A DNA stretch of 32,000 nucleotides from Xanthomonas campestris pv. campestris str. ATCC 33913 (GCF_000007145.1 NC_003902.1:3596497-3628496), one strand, 5' to 3'. Shown: positions 1-8,678, counted from the first letter of the stretch. The notes: a model not told the origin generated them from the letters alone. Numbers and translations are program-made.

Positions 1-1377
1 TGGGACTGGGATGCCAGCTACAACTACGGCTACAACAAGATCGATTTCCACACCCGCAACACGCTCAATGTGAGCCTGGGGCCGACCTCGCCCACGTCGT
101 TCTATGACGGCGCGCTGGAAACCACGCAGAACATCGTCAACCTCGACGTCAAGCGCGGGTTCGATTGGGGCCTGGCGTATCCGGTCACGGTGGCGTTCGG
201 CGCCGAATACCGCAACGAGAAGTGGAACCAGTCGCCGGGCGAAGTGGGCTCCTATTTCCAGAGCGGCACGCTGGCCGGTGGCGCGCAGGGCTTCGGTGGG
301 TTTGCACCGAGTGTGTCCGGGCAGTACTCGCGCGACAGCTACGCGCTGTATGCCGACATCGAAGCCGACTTCACCGACAAGTTCTCCGCCGGCCTGGCCG
401 GGCGCTACGAGGACTACAGCGATTTCGGCAGCCAGGCATCGGGCAAGTTGTCGGCGCGCTATGCGTTCACCGACAAGGTCGCCTTGCGCGGTACGGTGTC
501 GTCGGGCTTCCGCGCACCGTCGCTGGCGCAGCAGTATTTCCAGTCCACCAGCACCACCTTCCTGGCCGGCAATCCGAACCCGTTCGAGATCCGTACCTTC
601 CCGGCCGACAGCACGGTGGCACGCGCGCTCGGCGCCGAGCCGCTGGATGCGGAGACCTCACTCTCCTACAGCCTGGGCCTGGTATTGCAGCCGACCGACG
701 CGCTGTACGTCACCGTGGATGCGTACCAGATCGATGTAGACGACCGCATCGTGCTGTCGTCCAACCTCACCGGTACCGGCGTGCGTTCGCTGCTGGAATC
801 GCAAGGCATCTTCGGCATCAACGGCGGCCGTTACTTCACCAATGCGGTGGACACGCGCACCCGCGGTGTCGACGTGGTGGGCAGCTACCGCTGGCAGCTC
901 GCCGCCAGCAGCATCGACCTGACCGCCGGCTACAACTATTCAGAAACCGAAGTGCGCAGCGTGGCCGCCAACCCGGCCGCGTTGTCAGCCAACGGGTTGA
1001 GCCTGGAGCGTATCGACCGCACCGAACGTGGCCGCATCGAAGAAGGCTTCCCGCGCGACAAGTTCCTGATCAACGGCAGCTGGAATCTGGACCACTGGAC
1101 ACTGGCGTTGGGTGCCACGCGTTACGGTGAATACACCACGCGCCCGGCCGCGGCGATCAACGATCAGACCTTCGGCGCCAAGTGGGTTGTGGATGCCTCG
1201 GCCAGCTACAAGATCGACCGCTGGACGCTCACCCTGGGCGCGGACAACCTGCTGGACGAGTACCCGGACGAGAACAACTTCGCCAACTCCACCAGCGGGC
1301 AATTCCCGTACAGCAATCTGTCGCCGTTCGGTTTCAACGGTGCCTACGTGTACGGCCGCATCAACTACCGCTGGTAA
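1..1377 (+). CDS. TonB-dependent outer-membrane receptor, C-terminal beta-barrel part (5' end lies upstream of the window)
   Basis: Frame 1 is open from base 1 (WDWDASYNYGYNK...) into ORF 70..1377. It ends ...SPFGFNGAYVYGRINYRW, an aromatic C-terminal TBDR signature. It is collinear with the two full-length receptors downstream (shared DWGLAYPV..AFGAE, GFRAPSLAQQ and TVDAYQIDVDDRIVLS-type motifs). Confidence 0.9.
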   Translation, partial: WDWDASYNYGYNKIDFHTRNTLNVSLGPTSPTSFYDGALETTQNIVNLDVKRGFDWGLAYPVTVAFGAEYRNEKWNQSPGEVGSYFQSGTLAGGAQGFGGFAPSVSGQYSRDSYALYADIEADFTDKFSAGLAGRYEDYSDFGSQASGKLSARYAFTDKVALRGTVSSGFRAPSLAQQYFQSTSTTFLAGNPNPFEIRTFPADSTVARALGAEPLDAETSLSYSLGLVLQPTDALYVTVDAYQIDVDDRIVLSSNLTGTGVRSLLESQGIFGINGGRYFTNAVDTRTRGVDVVGSYRWQLAASSIDLTAGYNYSETEVRSVAANPAALSANGLSLERIDRTERGRIEEGFPRDKFLINGSWNLDHWTLALGATRYGEYTTRPAAAINDQTFGAKWVVDASASYKIDRWTLTLGADNLLDEYPDENNFANSTSGQFPYSNLSPFGFNGAYVYGRINYRW

Positions 1378-1400
1378 GCCTTGCCATACTGCAAGTCCAC

Positions 1401-1432
1401 ACGCCCCGGCCTGCCCGGGGCGTATGCGTTTT
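1401..1432 (+). terminator. Rho-independent terminator after the first receptor gene
   Basis: Perfect 9-bp stem acgccccgg (1401-1409) / ccggggcgt (1415-1423) with a 5-nt loop. It is followed by atgcgtttt (T-run 1428-1432) and lies 24 nt after the stop codon. Confidence 0.7.
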
Positions 1433-1563
1433 GGGCCGCTGGCGGCTACTCCCTGCGGCCTTGTTTGCGGCATGGCGTGGCTGCCGGAGGCCTCAACGCC
1501 GGGTGAAGGGTTTCCCGCCTCGGCAGTGCTATCACGTGCGCTCCTGTCATGTGGAGCGCTCCG

Positions 1564-1989
1564 ATGGAAACAGCACAGTTGTCGCGTGGACGCTTGATCG
1601 ATCACCTGCATCTGGTGGTGCAGGACCTGAAGGCGAGCCGGCGCTTTTACGGCGCCGTGCTCGATGTGCTCGGCGTGCCGCTGGGCGGCGAAGGCGAGGG
1701 ATTCTTCTGGGCCGACGAGCTGTTCGTGTCCGACCGCCACACCGTTGCCCAGGGCGAACTCACCGGCCGCCATCACCTGGCCTTCCAGGCACACGATGTG
1801 GCGATGGTGCACGCCTTCCATGCCGCCGCACTTGCACACGGTGGCCGTGACAACGGCGCGCCGGGCGTGCGCCCGTATCACCCGAGTTATTACGCGGCGT
1901 TTGTGCTCGACCCGGATGGCAACAACATCGAGGCGGTCTTCCATGGTCCTGCGCAACGCAGTGCGGAGGCGGTGCAAATCACCTACTGA
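1564..1989 (+). CDS. VOC-family protein (glyoxalase / bleomycin-resistance / extradiol dioxygenase superfamily)
   Basis: ORF 1549..1989. The start is moved to ATG 1564 because GGAG (1553-1556) lies 7 nt upstream. IDHLHLVVQDLKASRRFYGAVLDVLG ... HLAFQAHD ... FVLDPDGNNIEAVF is the typical VOC-domain pattern. Confidence 0.8.
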   Translation: METAQLSRGRLIDHLHLVVQDLKASRRFYGAVLDVLGVPLGGEGEGFFWADELFVSDRHTVAQGELTGRHHLAFQAHDVAMVHAFHAAALAHGGRDNGAPGVRPYHPSYYAAFVLDPDGNNIEAVFHGPAQRSAEAVQITY

Positions 1990-2264
1990 TGCCGAAGTTT
2001 CATAACTGGTATTCAGTGTCCAACATGGTGCAAACCAGGCCGCACCATTGCAGGTGTGGTGCAAGCAACGCATCACTTTGGTGCACGATGACAACGATGG
2101 CACTAGCACGTCATTGATGACAGTTACTTGCGCAACGTAACCAAAATTTGACATGTGGTTACGCGTGGTTAATGGTTGGGAACGCACCGCAGCTGCCGCA
2201 ACGGACGCGGCCCGGGAAGGGGGCCCCTGCGATGCATCCGTTCCCCACTCGGAGTTGTCACCGC

Positions 2265-4652
2265 ATGAATTGCAAGACCAGTCCACTCGCTGTTGCCGTT
2301 GTTCTTGCACTCTCGTTTTCCGCTTCAACTGCTGTCGCACAGTCGCAGGCGCCTACCCAGAAGACCCTCGATACGCTGATCGTGACCGGTACGCGCGTGG
2401 CCGATCGCACCGTGGCCGAATCGGCCTCGCCGATCGACATCATTTCGCCGCAGGCACTGGAATCCACCGGCACCACCGAGCTGGCCACCGCGCTGTCGCG
2501 CGCGATCCCCTCGCTGAATTTCCCCCGCCCGGCCATCTCCGATGGCTCGGATGCGGTGCGCCCTGCGCAGTTGCGCGGCCTGTCGCCCGATCAGGTGCTG
2601 GTGCTGGTCAACGGCAAGCGCTATCACAGCACCGCGCTGATCAACCTCAACGACACCCAGGGCCGCGGCTCCTCGCCCGCCGACCTCAACACCATTCCGA
2701 TCGCCGCCGTGGAGCGCATCGAAGTACTGCGCGATGGCGCATCGGCGCAATACGGCTCGGACGCGATTGCCGGCGTGATCAACATCGTGCTCAAGGGCAG
2801 CGGCGAAGGCGGCAGCGTCAATGGCCGCTACGGCAAGTACAGCGCCGGCGACGGCGAGCAGTATCAGTTGTCCGGCGATGCAGGCTTCAGCTTTGCCGGT
2901 ACCGGCAAGGTGCACCTGGCCGCGCAGGCCGGGCATTCGGATCAGACCAACCGCGCGCTGCCGTTCCAGGGCCGCGTGGAGCAGCGCTACGGCGATCCCG
3001 AAATCGATCAGGGCGCGGTGTCGTTCAACGGCGAATACAGCCCCACCGATTACCTGACCTTCTATTCGTTCGGCATGGTCAGCCGGCGCGAAGTGCTCTC
3101 CAACGGCTACTTCCGCTTTGCCGGCGACAACCGCAACCGTCCGGAAATCTACCCGGACGGTTTCCTGCCGCAGATCTACAACGTCAGCAAGGACGTCTCC
3201 TGGGTGGGCGGTTTGAAGACCTCCACCGAAGGCGGCCTGAACATCGATCTGAGCTACAACTACGGCCAGAACAACCTCACCTTCGATGTGCGCAACAGCT
3301 TGAACAACAGCTTAGGGCTGGCCAGCCCCACCGACTTCCATGCCGGTACGCTGGAGGTCACCCAGAACGTGCTCAATGCCGACTTCACCAAGACGCTCGA
3401 CTGGGGTTTGGCCTACCCGGTTGCCTTGGCATTCGGCGCGGAATGGCGCGGCGAAAAGTTCAACCAATCGCCCGGTGATGCGGCGTCCTCGGCCAATGGC
3501 GGCATTCCCTCGGCCAACGGCGCGCTGATTCCTGGTGCGCAGGTGTTCCCGGGCTTCAAGCTCTCCGATGCCGGCTACTACAACCGCAACAGCCACTCGG
3601 CCTATGTGGACCTGGAAGCGGATCTCACCGAAAAGCTGTCGGCCGGCTTGGCCGGGCGCTACGAGAAGTACAGCGACTTCGGCGACACCGCCACCGGCAA
3701 GCTGTCGCTGCGCTACGCGTTAACCGACAAGGTGGCGCTGCGTGCCACCGCCTCCACCGGTTTCCGCGCACCGTCGCTGCAGCAGCAGAACTTCCAGTCG
3801 ATTGCCACGCAGTTCCTCAACGTGGCGCAGCCCAATGGCGGCGTGTCGGCGATTCCGTTCGAGATCGGCACCTTCCGTACCGACAACCCGGCCGCCATCG
3901 CGCTCGGTGCCGAACCGCTCAAGGCCGAAGAGTCCAAGAACTACGGCCTGGGCGTGGTGTTGCAGCCGGTGGAGAATCTCTATATCACCGTCGATGCGTA
4001 CCGCATCGATATCGATGACCGCATCGTGCTGTCGGAGAACCTCACCTCCATCGCGGCGCGTAACTACCTGCAGGCCAATGGCTTCCCGGGGATCGGCGGC
4101 GGGCGCTACTTCACCAATGCGGTGGACACCAAGACCCAGGGCGTGGACGGGGTCGGCACCTATCGCTGGAACCTGGACAGCGGCAGCGTGGAGCTGACCA
4201 CCGGCTACAACTACAACAAGACCGAGGTCGAACAGATCGCGGCCAATCCGCCCGCGCTGGAAGCCATCGATCCGGGCGCGGTGCGTATCGGCCGTGCAGA
4301 GCTCGGCCGCATCACCGAAGGCACGCCGCGCGACAAGTTCTTCCTGGGCGGCACCTGGTCGCCGGGCAACTGGTCGTTCACCGGCACCGCTACGCGCTGG
4401 GGCGAATTCACCACCTTCGGCACCAACGCCGGCAGCGACCAGACCTATGCCGCGAAATGGACGCTGGACCTGGCCGCCTCCTACAAGCTGGGCAGCTGGA
4501 ACTTCACCGTCGGTGGCGACAACGTGCTCAACGAATATCCGGACCGTCAGGAAGCCGGCCTGGGCACGCGGACCTACCTGCCCTACAGCAGCGCCTCGCC
4601 GTTCGGTTTCAACGGCGCCTTGGTGTACGCCAACGTGAACTACAAGTGGTAA
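2265..4652 (+). CDS. TonB-dependent outer-membrane receptor (substrate unknown)
   Basis: ORF 2148..4652. The start is placed at ATG 2265 (GGAG at 2251-2254; signal peptide MNCKTSPLAVAVVLALSFSASTAVAQ). Plug motifs are TLDTLIVTGTRVADRTVAES, RGLSPDQVLVLVNGKRY and VERIEVLRDGASAQYGSDAIAGVINIV. The C-terminus is ...SPFGFNGALVYANVNYKW. Confidence 0.92.
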   Translation: MNCKTSPLAVAVVLALSFSASTAVAQSQAPTQKTLDTLIVTGTRVADRTVAESASPIDIISPQALESTGTTELATALSRAIPSLNFPRPAISDGSDAVRPAQLRGLSPDQVLVLVNGKRYHSTALINLNDTQGRGSSPADLNTIPIAAVERIEVLRDGASAQYGSDAIAGVINIVLKGSGEGGSVNGRYGKYSAGDGEQYQLSGDAGFSFAGTGKVHLAAQAGHSDQTNRALPFQGRVEQRYGDPEIDQGAVSFNGEYSPTDYLTFYSFGMVSRREVLSNGYFRFAGDNRNRPEIYPDGFLPQIYNVSKDVSWVGGLKTSTEGGLNIDLSYNYGQNNLTFDVRNSLNNSLGLASPTDFHAGTLEVTQNVLNADFTKTLDWGLAYPVALAFGAEWRGEKFNQSPGDAASSANGGIPSANGALIPGAQVFPGFKLSDAGYYNRNSHSAYVDLEADLTEKLSAGLAGRYEKYSDFGDTATGKLSLRYALTDKVALRATASTGFRAPSLQQQNFQSIATQFLNVAQPNGGVSAIPFEIGTFRTDNPAAIALGAEPLKAEESKNYGLGVVLQPVENLYITVDAYRIDIDDRIVLSENLTSIAARNYLQANGFPGIGGGRYFTNAVDTKTQGVDGVGTYRWNLDSGSVELTTGYNYNKTEVEQIAANPPALEAIDPGAVRIGRAELGRITEGTPRDKFFLGGTWSPGNWSFTGTATRWGEFTTFGTNAGSDQTYAAKWTLDLAASYKLGSWNFTVGGDNVLNEYPDRQEAGLGTRTYLPYSSASPFGFNGALVYANVNYKW

Positions 4653-4665
4653 GTCACTAGGACAG

Positions 4666-4697
4666 CCGGCAACGCCTCCTCGCGGTGGCGTTGCCGG
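4666..4697 (+). terminator. Strong stem-loop after the second receptor gene (possible terminator; no U-tract)
   Basis: Perfect 11-bp stem ccggcaacgcc (4666-4676) / ggcgttgccgg (4687-4697) with a 10-nt loop, 14 nt after the TAA stop. It is followed by tgctcc rather than a T-run, so termination efficiency is uncertain. Confidence 0.4.
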
Positions 4698-4982
4698 TGC
4701 TCCATCGCGGCATCCACCCCGGCGCCTCGGGCAACGACGCGCCGGGGTGACTCCTCATTCGGTGCATTGATCGGCCTAAAGCCGCGCTGTTTGCAGGCGC
4801 GGCCACTGCGGCGACCAGCACACCTGCATTGACTGCACCTGCCCCACGCAAGGACGAACGGCGCCATCGCTGCGGTCAGTGCAACTGCCCGCCGCTGTCG
4901 CGCTCCTGCATGCCGCATGGCCGTGCGTTTGCTGCTCCATCCCTTTCCCCCTGCTTCCCTTTCCTCCTGAGCGCCTCATCCC

Positions 4983-7382
4983 ATGCACACGTCCACGTCT
5001 CTTTCGATTGCGGTTTCCATCGCGCTGGCCGCCAACGCGTTCGCCGGTACCGCGCAGGCACAGCAGCCGCCCCCACAGAAAACCCTCGACACCTTGATCG
5101 TTACCGGCACGCGCGTGGCCGACCGCACCGTGGCCGAATCCGAATCGCCGATCGACATCATCACCGAGCAGTCGTTGCAGGCGACCGGTGCGACCGATAT
5201 CGCCACCGCGCTCGGCAAGCTGCTGCCGTCCCTGAACTTCCCGCGCCCGGCCATTTCCGACGGTAACGATGCCGCGCGCCCGGCCACGCTGCGCGGCCTG
5301 TCGCCGGATGCGGTGCTGGTGCTGGTGGATGGCAAGCGCTATCACACCTCTGCGCTGATCAACTACAACCCGTATGTGGGGCGCGGCTCGGCGCCGGCCG
5401 ACCTCAACTCGCTGCCGATGTCGGCGGTGGCGCGCATCGAAGTGCTGCGTGATGGCGCCTCGGCGCAATACGGCTCCGATGCGATCGCCGGCGTGGTCAA
5501 CATCGTGCTCAAGCACGGTGCCAAGACCGGCGACAACAGCGTGTCGGTCAACGGTGGTTTCATGGACAAGGGCGACGGCGAGCAGAACGGCATCGACGGC
5601 TCGGTCGGCATGGGCTTCGGCGGCACCGGCGGCGATACCACGCCGGGCTGGGTGCGGCTGTCGTGGAACTACCAGAACACCATGAGCACCAACCGCGGCG
5701 AAAACACCAACCGCGCCACCACCGTGCCCGGCACGCCCAATCCAGGTGGCGTGCCGTACCAGCGCCACGGCGACCCGAAGTCCACGTTCTACCAGGGCCT
5801 GGCCGCGTTCGGCTACGAGTTCTCGCCGAACCTGGAACTGTACGGCCACTTCAGTGCCAGCCGCCGCGAGGTGACTTCCAACGGCTATTACCGCGCCGCC
5901 GACAACCCCGCGCGCAATGTGCCCTCGATCTATCCGAACGGCTTCCTGCCGCAGATCTACAACCCGGTCAACGACCGCTCGGCAGTGCTCGGCATCAAGG
6001 GCAGCACCGAGAGCGAGTGGAACTGGGATCTGTCGGCGTCGTACGGCAAGAACGACATGAGCTTCAACATCCTCAACAGCATCAACACCAACCTGTTCTA
6101 CACCACCGGTGCATCGCCCACCAACTTCAACTCCGGCGGCTTTGAAACCCAGCAGGGCACGGTGAATCTGGACATCAGCCGCGCCTTCGATTGGGGCCTG
6201 GCGTATCCGGTCAATGTCGCTTTCGGCGCCGAGCATCGCCAGGACCGCTACCGCATCACCGCCGGCTCGCCGGACTCGTATTTCTTCGATCCCAACACCA
6301 TCAATCCGGCCGATGGCGCGCCGTATCCCGGTGGCGCACAGGTGTTCTCCGGGTTGGAGCCGTCGGTGGCAGGCAAGTTCGGCCGGCATAGCAACGCGGT
6401 CTACGCCAACCTGGAAGCCAACCTCACCGAGAAGCTCTCCGGCGGTATCGCCGGGCGCTATGAAAACTACAGCGATGCCGGCGCCACGCGTTCGGGCAAG
6501 CTGTCGGCGCGTTATGCCTTCACCGACACCTTCTCGCTGCGCGGCACGATCTCCAACGGCTTCCGCGCGCCGTCGCTGGCCCAGCAGAACTACGCCTCGG
6601 TGGTGACGCTGATCCAGAACGGCGAGCTGGTGCAGGTGGGCACCTACCGCACCTCCGACCCGGTGGCACTGGCGCTGGGCGCACGCCCGCTGAGCCCGGA
6701 AAAATCCAGCAACTACGGCCTGGGCGGCGTCTGGCAGCCAACTGCCAACTTCACCTCCAGCCTGGACGTGTACCAAATCCGCATCTGGGACCAGATCCTG
6801 TATTCGGACCAGTTGCAGTTGGCGCAGCCGATCGGCCAGGTGGCCGCGGTGCAGTTCTTCGTCAACGGCGCCACCAGCCGCACGCGCGGCGTGGACTGGG
6901 TCAACAGCTACATCGCCGATCTGGGCGAGCTGGGCCAGCTGACCCTGGGTGCCAGCGCCAACTACAACAAGACCACCATCCTGGAGTTGTCCAACCCCAA
7001 CTTCGGCCGCGCCAGCCAGGGCCTGCTCACCGATGCCACGCCGCGCACCAAGTACATGGCCTCGGCGGATTGGGCGATCGGTGGATTCACGCTCAACGGC
7101 AACGCCACGCGTTACGGCTCGATCAAGCGCATCAGCGACCCGGTCGACGGCAGCCAGGACCAGACCTATGACGCACGCTGGATCCTGAACCTGTCCGCCA
7201 GCCAGACCTGGAACGCCTTCACCTTCACCGTGGGCGCGGACAACCTCACCAACCAGTACCCGACCAAGGCGCAGCTGACCACCGCCTACGACGACCGTGC
7301 TGGCGGCCTGCAGTATTCCTCGCTGTCCCCGTTCGGCTTCAACGGCCGTTACTGGTATGGCCGGGTGACCTACCGGTTCTGA
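4983..7382 (+). CDS. TonB-dependent outer-membrane receptor (paralog of 2265..4652; substrate unknown)
   Basis: ORF 4983..7382. Signal peptide MHTSTSLSIAVSIALAANAFAGTAQA. The plug region is nearly identical to that of the upstream paralog (TLDTLIVTGTRVADRTVAESESPIDII, RGLSPDAVLVLVDGKRYH, ARIEVLRDGASAQYGSDAIAGVVNIV). The C-terminus is ...SPFGFNGRYWYGRVTYRF. Confidence 0.92.
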   Translation: MHTSTSLSIAVSIALAANAFAGTAQAQQPPPQKTLDTLIVTGTRVADRTVAESESPIDIITEQSLQATGATDIATALGKLLPSLNFPRPAISDGNDAARPATLRGLSPDAVLVLVDGKRYHTSALINYNPYVGRGSAPADLNSLPMSAVARIEVLRDGASAQYGSDAIAGVVNIVLKHGAKTGDNSVSVNGGFMDKGDGEQNGIDGSVGMGFGGTGGDTTPGWVRLSWNYQNTMSTNRGENTNRATTVPGTPNPGGVPYQRHGDPKSTFYQGLAAFGYEFSPNLELYGHFSASRREVTSNGYYRAADNPARNVPSIYPNGFLPQIYNPVNDRSAVLGIKGSTESEWNWDLSASYGKNDMSFNILNSINTNLFYTTGASPTNFNSGGFETQQGTVNLDISRAFDWGLAYPVNVAFGAEHRQDRYRITAGSPDSYFFDPNTINPADGAPYPGGAQVFSGLEPSVAGKFGRHSNAVYANLEANLTEKLSGGIAGRYENYSDAGATRSGKLSARYAFTDTFSLRGTISNGFRAPSLAQQNYASVVTLIQNGELVQVGTYRTSDPVALALGARPLSPEKSSNYGLGGVWQPTANFTSSLDVYQIRIWDQILYSDQLQLAQPIGQVAAVQFFVNGATSRTRGVDWVNSYIADLGELGQLTLGASANYNKTTILELSNPNFGRASQGLLTDATPRTKYMASADWAIGGFTLNGNATRYGSIKRISDPVDGSQDQTYDARWILNLSASQTWNAFTFTVGADNLTNQYPTKAQLTTAYDDRAGGLQYSSLSPFGFNGRYWYGRVTYRF

Positions 7383-7400
7383 TCCACTGCGGCGAGATCC

Positions 7401-7437
7401 GGGCCATCGCGGTATCCGCGATGGCCCGTTTTTTTTG
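7401..7437 (+). terminator. Rho-independent terminator of the third receptor gene
   Basis: Stem cgggccatcgcgg (7401-7413) / ccgcgatggcccg (7417-7429) with a tat loop, followed directly by eight T (7430-7437), 19 nt after the stop. Confidence 0.88.
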
Positions 7438-7484
7438 CCCGCGGCACATCGCCCACCGGCGTCATCCCGGTGTTAGCGAACGTC

Positions 7485-8678
7485 TTACCAAGTGGCGTGC
7501 AACGCCTGGATGCCGCGCAGATTGGCACGTTCGTTCCAGCTCAAATTGTCCAACTCGGGCAGGCGCAATGCGGGCGCGCGTTGCAGCAAGCGCTCCAGCG
7601 CGGTTTCCAGTTCGATCAATGCGAGCCGGTTGCCCAGGCAATGGTGGACGCCACCGCCAAAGGACAGTGCACGTCCTTGCTGGCGGCGTAGATCCAGCTG
7701 CTGCGGTGCGGTGAACTGCTCCGCGTCGTGATTGGCGGAGCCCAGCATCAGGTACAGGATGGCGCCAACGGGCAGGGTCGTTCCCTCAACCTGCAGGGGC
7801 TGCAACACCGAACGCATGGCCACCTGCACCGAGCTGTCGTAGCGCATGCATTCCAGCACCGCGTTGGGCATCAGTGTGGGGGTATCGCGCAGCAACTGCA
7901 GTTGTTCGGGATGCCGGTGCAAGGCGATGAGCGCATTGCAGATCATGTTGGCGGTGGTTTCGTGGCCGGCCGTGAACAGCATGATCACATTGGAGACGAT
8001 GTCATCCACAGGCATGCGCTGGCCATGGTCTTCGGCGGCAATGAGGCGCGCGATCAGATCATCCTCCTGCGTATCCCGACGCTGCAGCACGATCGCGCGA
8101 AAATACTGCTCCAACGTCGTGTATGCCGCGGTGGCCTGTGCCATGTCTTCCGGACGCATCAATGGGTCGAAGACCTTGGCCAGCGCACTGCTCGCCTGCC
8201 CCAGCGCCGCCACATCGGTCACCGCCAGCCCCAACATCCGGCAGATCAGCGAGATCGTCATCGGCATCGCGAAGTCATTGAGCAGATCGCAGCTACGTCT
8301 GTCTTCATGCTGATCGAGCAACGCATCGGCAGTGTCGACGGCCACCTCACGTAGCGCCTCAAGTTGGCGCGCCCCGAAGGCTTTGGTCATCAATGCGCGC
8401 TGCTGGGTGTGGACCGGCGGATTGAGCAGCAGAAACATGCGGCTCATGCCCTGGAAAAGCGGCATCTCCGCTGCGTTCGCGCCATAACGCACACGGATGC
8501 TGTCCAGGTAGTTGCGGCCCACCCGGCGGTCGCTGAGCAGTGCATCGACCACGGTGTAGTGGCCAGACACCCAGCCGTTGTCGCTGATCTGCACCAGCGG
8601 GCCAGCTGCGCGCAAACGCGCATACATGGGGTATGGGTCTTGCCGAAAAGCCGGTGTTGCAAAGTCGCTGAGCTGCAT
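7485..8678 (-). CDS. Cytochrome P450 monooxygenase
   Basis: ORF 7485..8852. The start is placed at ATG 8678 (MQLSDFATPAFRQDPYPMY...), which gives a typical bacterial P450 length. Motifs: I-helix AGHETT, ExxR (ECMR), heme-thiolate loop FGGGVHHCLG. Confidence 0.9.
   Translation of the reverse strand: MQLSDFATPAFRQDPYPMYARLRAAGPLVQISDNGWVSGHYTVVDALLSDRRVGRNYLDSIRVRYGANAAEMPLFQGMSRMFLLLNPPVHTQQRALMTKAFGARQLEALREVAVDTADALLDQHEDRRSCDLLNDFAMPMTISLICRMLGLAVTDVAALGQASSALAKVFDPLMRPEDMAQATAAYTTLEQYFRAIVLQRRDTQEDDLIARLIAAEDHGQRMPVDDIVSNVIMLFTAGHETTANMICNALIALHRHPEQLQLLRDTPTLMPNAVLECMRYDSSVQVAMRSVLQPLQVEGTTLPVGAILYLMLGSANHDAEQFTAPQQLDLRRQQGRALSFGGGVHHCLGNRLALIELETALERLLQRAPALRLPELDNLSWNERANLRGIQALHATW

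Noticed and set aside
2161-2240. Possible compact cobalamin riboswitch in the leader of the second TBDR (GGTtaatggttGGGAAcgc ... CCGCAACGG ... GGGAAGG).
   Set aside because: Only scattered short matches are present. There is no B12 box (AGCCAGGAGACCTGCC-like) and no GGTG..AA..CC hairpin, and the segment is far shorter than known representatives. It is more simply a GC-rich 5' UTR.
2148-2264. N-terminal extensions given by the ORF track. The ORF-track starts are 2148, 1549, 8852, 9591, 14533, 15609, 17057, 20456, 22845, 24810, 25268, 31668 and 31949.
   Set aside because: The extended parts are Arg/Pro/Cys-rich and overlap the preceding gene or intergenic hairpins. The internal starts I used give signal peptides or canonical family N-termini. 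They also sit on SD sequences or ATGA/GTGA stop-start overlaps.
4755-4830. Possible cobalamin riboswitch upstream of the third TBDR: GCGCGGCCACTGCGG resembles the conserved CCCGCCACTG core, and GACCAGCACACCTGC matches about 11 of 15 positions of the B12 box.
   Set aside because: The two elements are only about 4 nt apart instead of being separated by the P6 region. The conserved GGGAA and GGTG..AA..CC elements are missing. The receptor is about 800 aa and is not BtuB-like. A covariance-model scan (Rfam RF00174) would settle it, and I expect no hit.
4776-6776. Very long ORFs antisense to, or out of frame with, the called genes. Examples: 4776..6776(-) 666 aa, 985..2340(-) 451 aa, 20584..22911(+) 775 aa, 26371..28746(+) 791 aa, 28706..30514(+) 602 aa, 22932..24089(+), 24207..25586(+), 9908..11023(-).
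   Set aside because: They are typical high-GC shadow ORFs. Their composition is extremely Arg/Ala/Gly/Pro-rich and I recognise no domain motifs. They fully overlap genes whose products have clear family signatures, and stop codons are simply rare on the antisense strand of GC3-rich genes.
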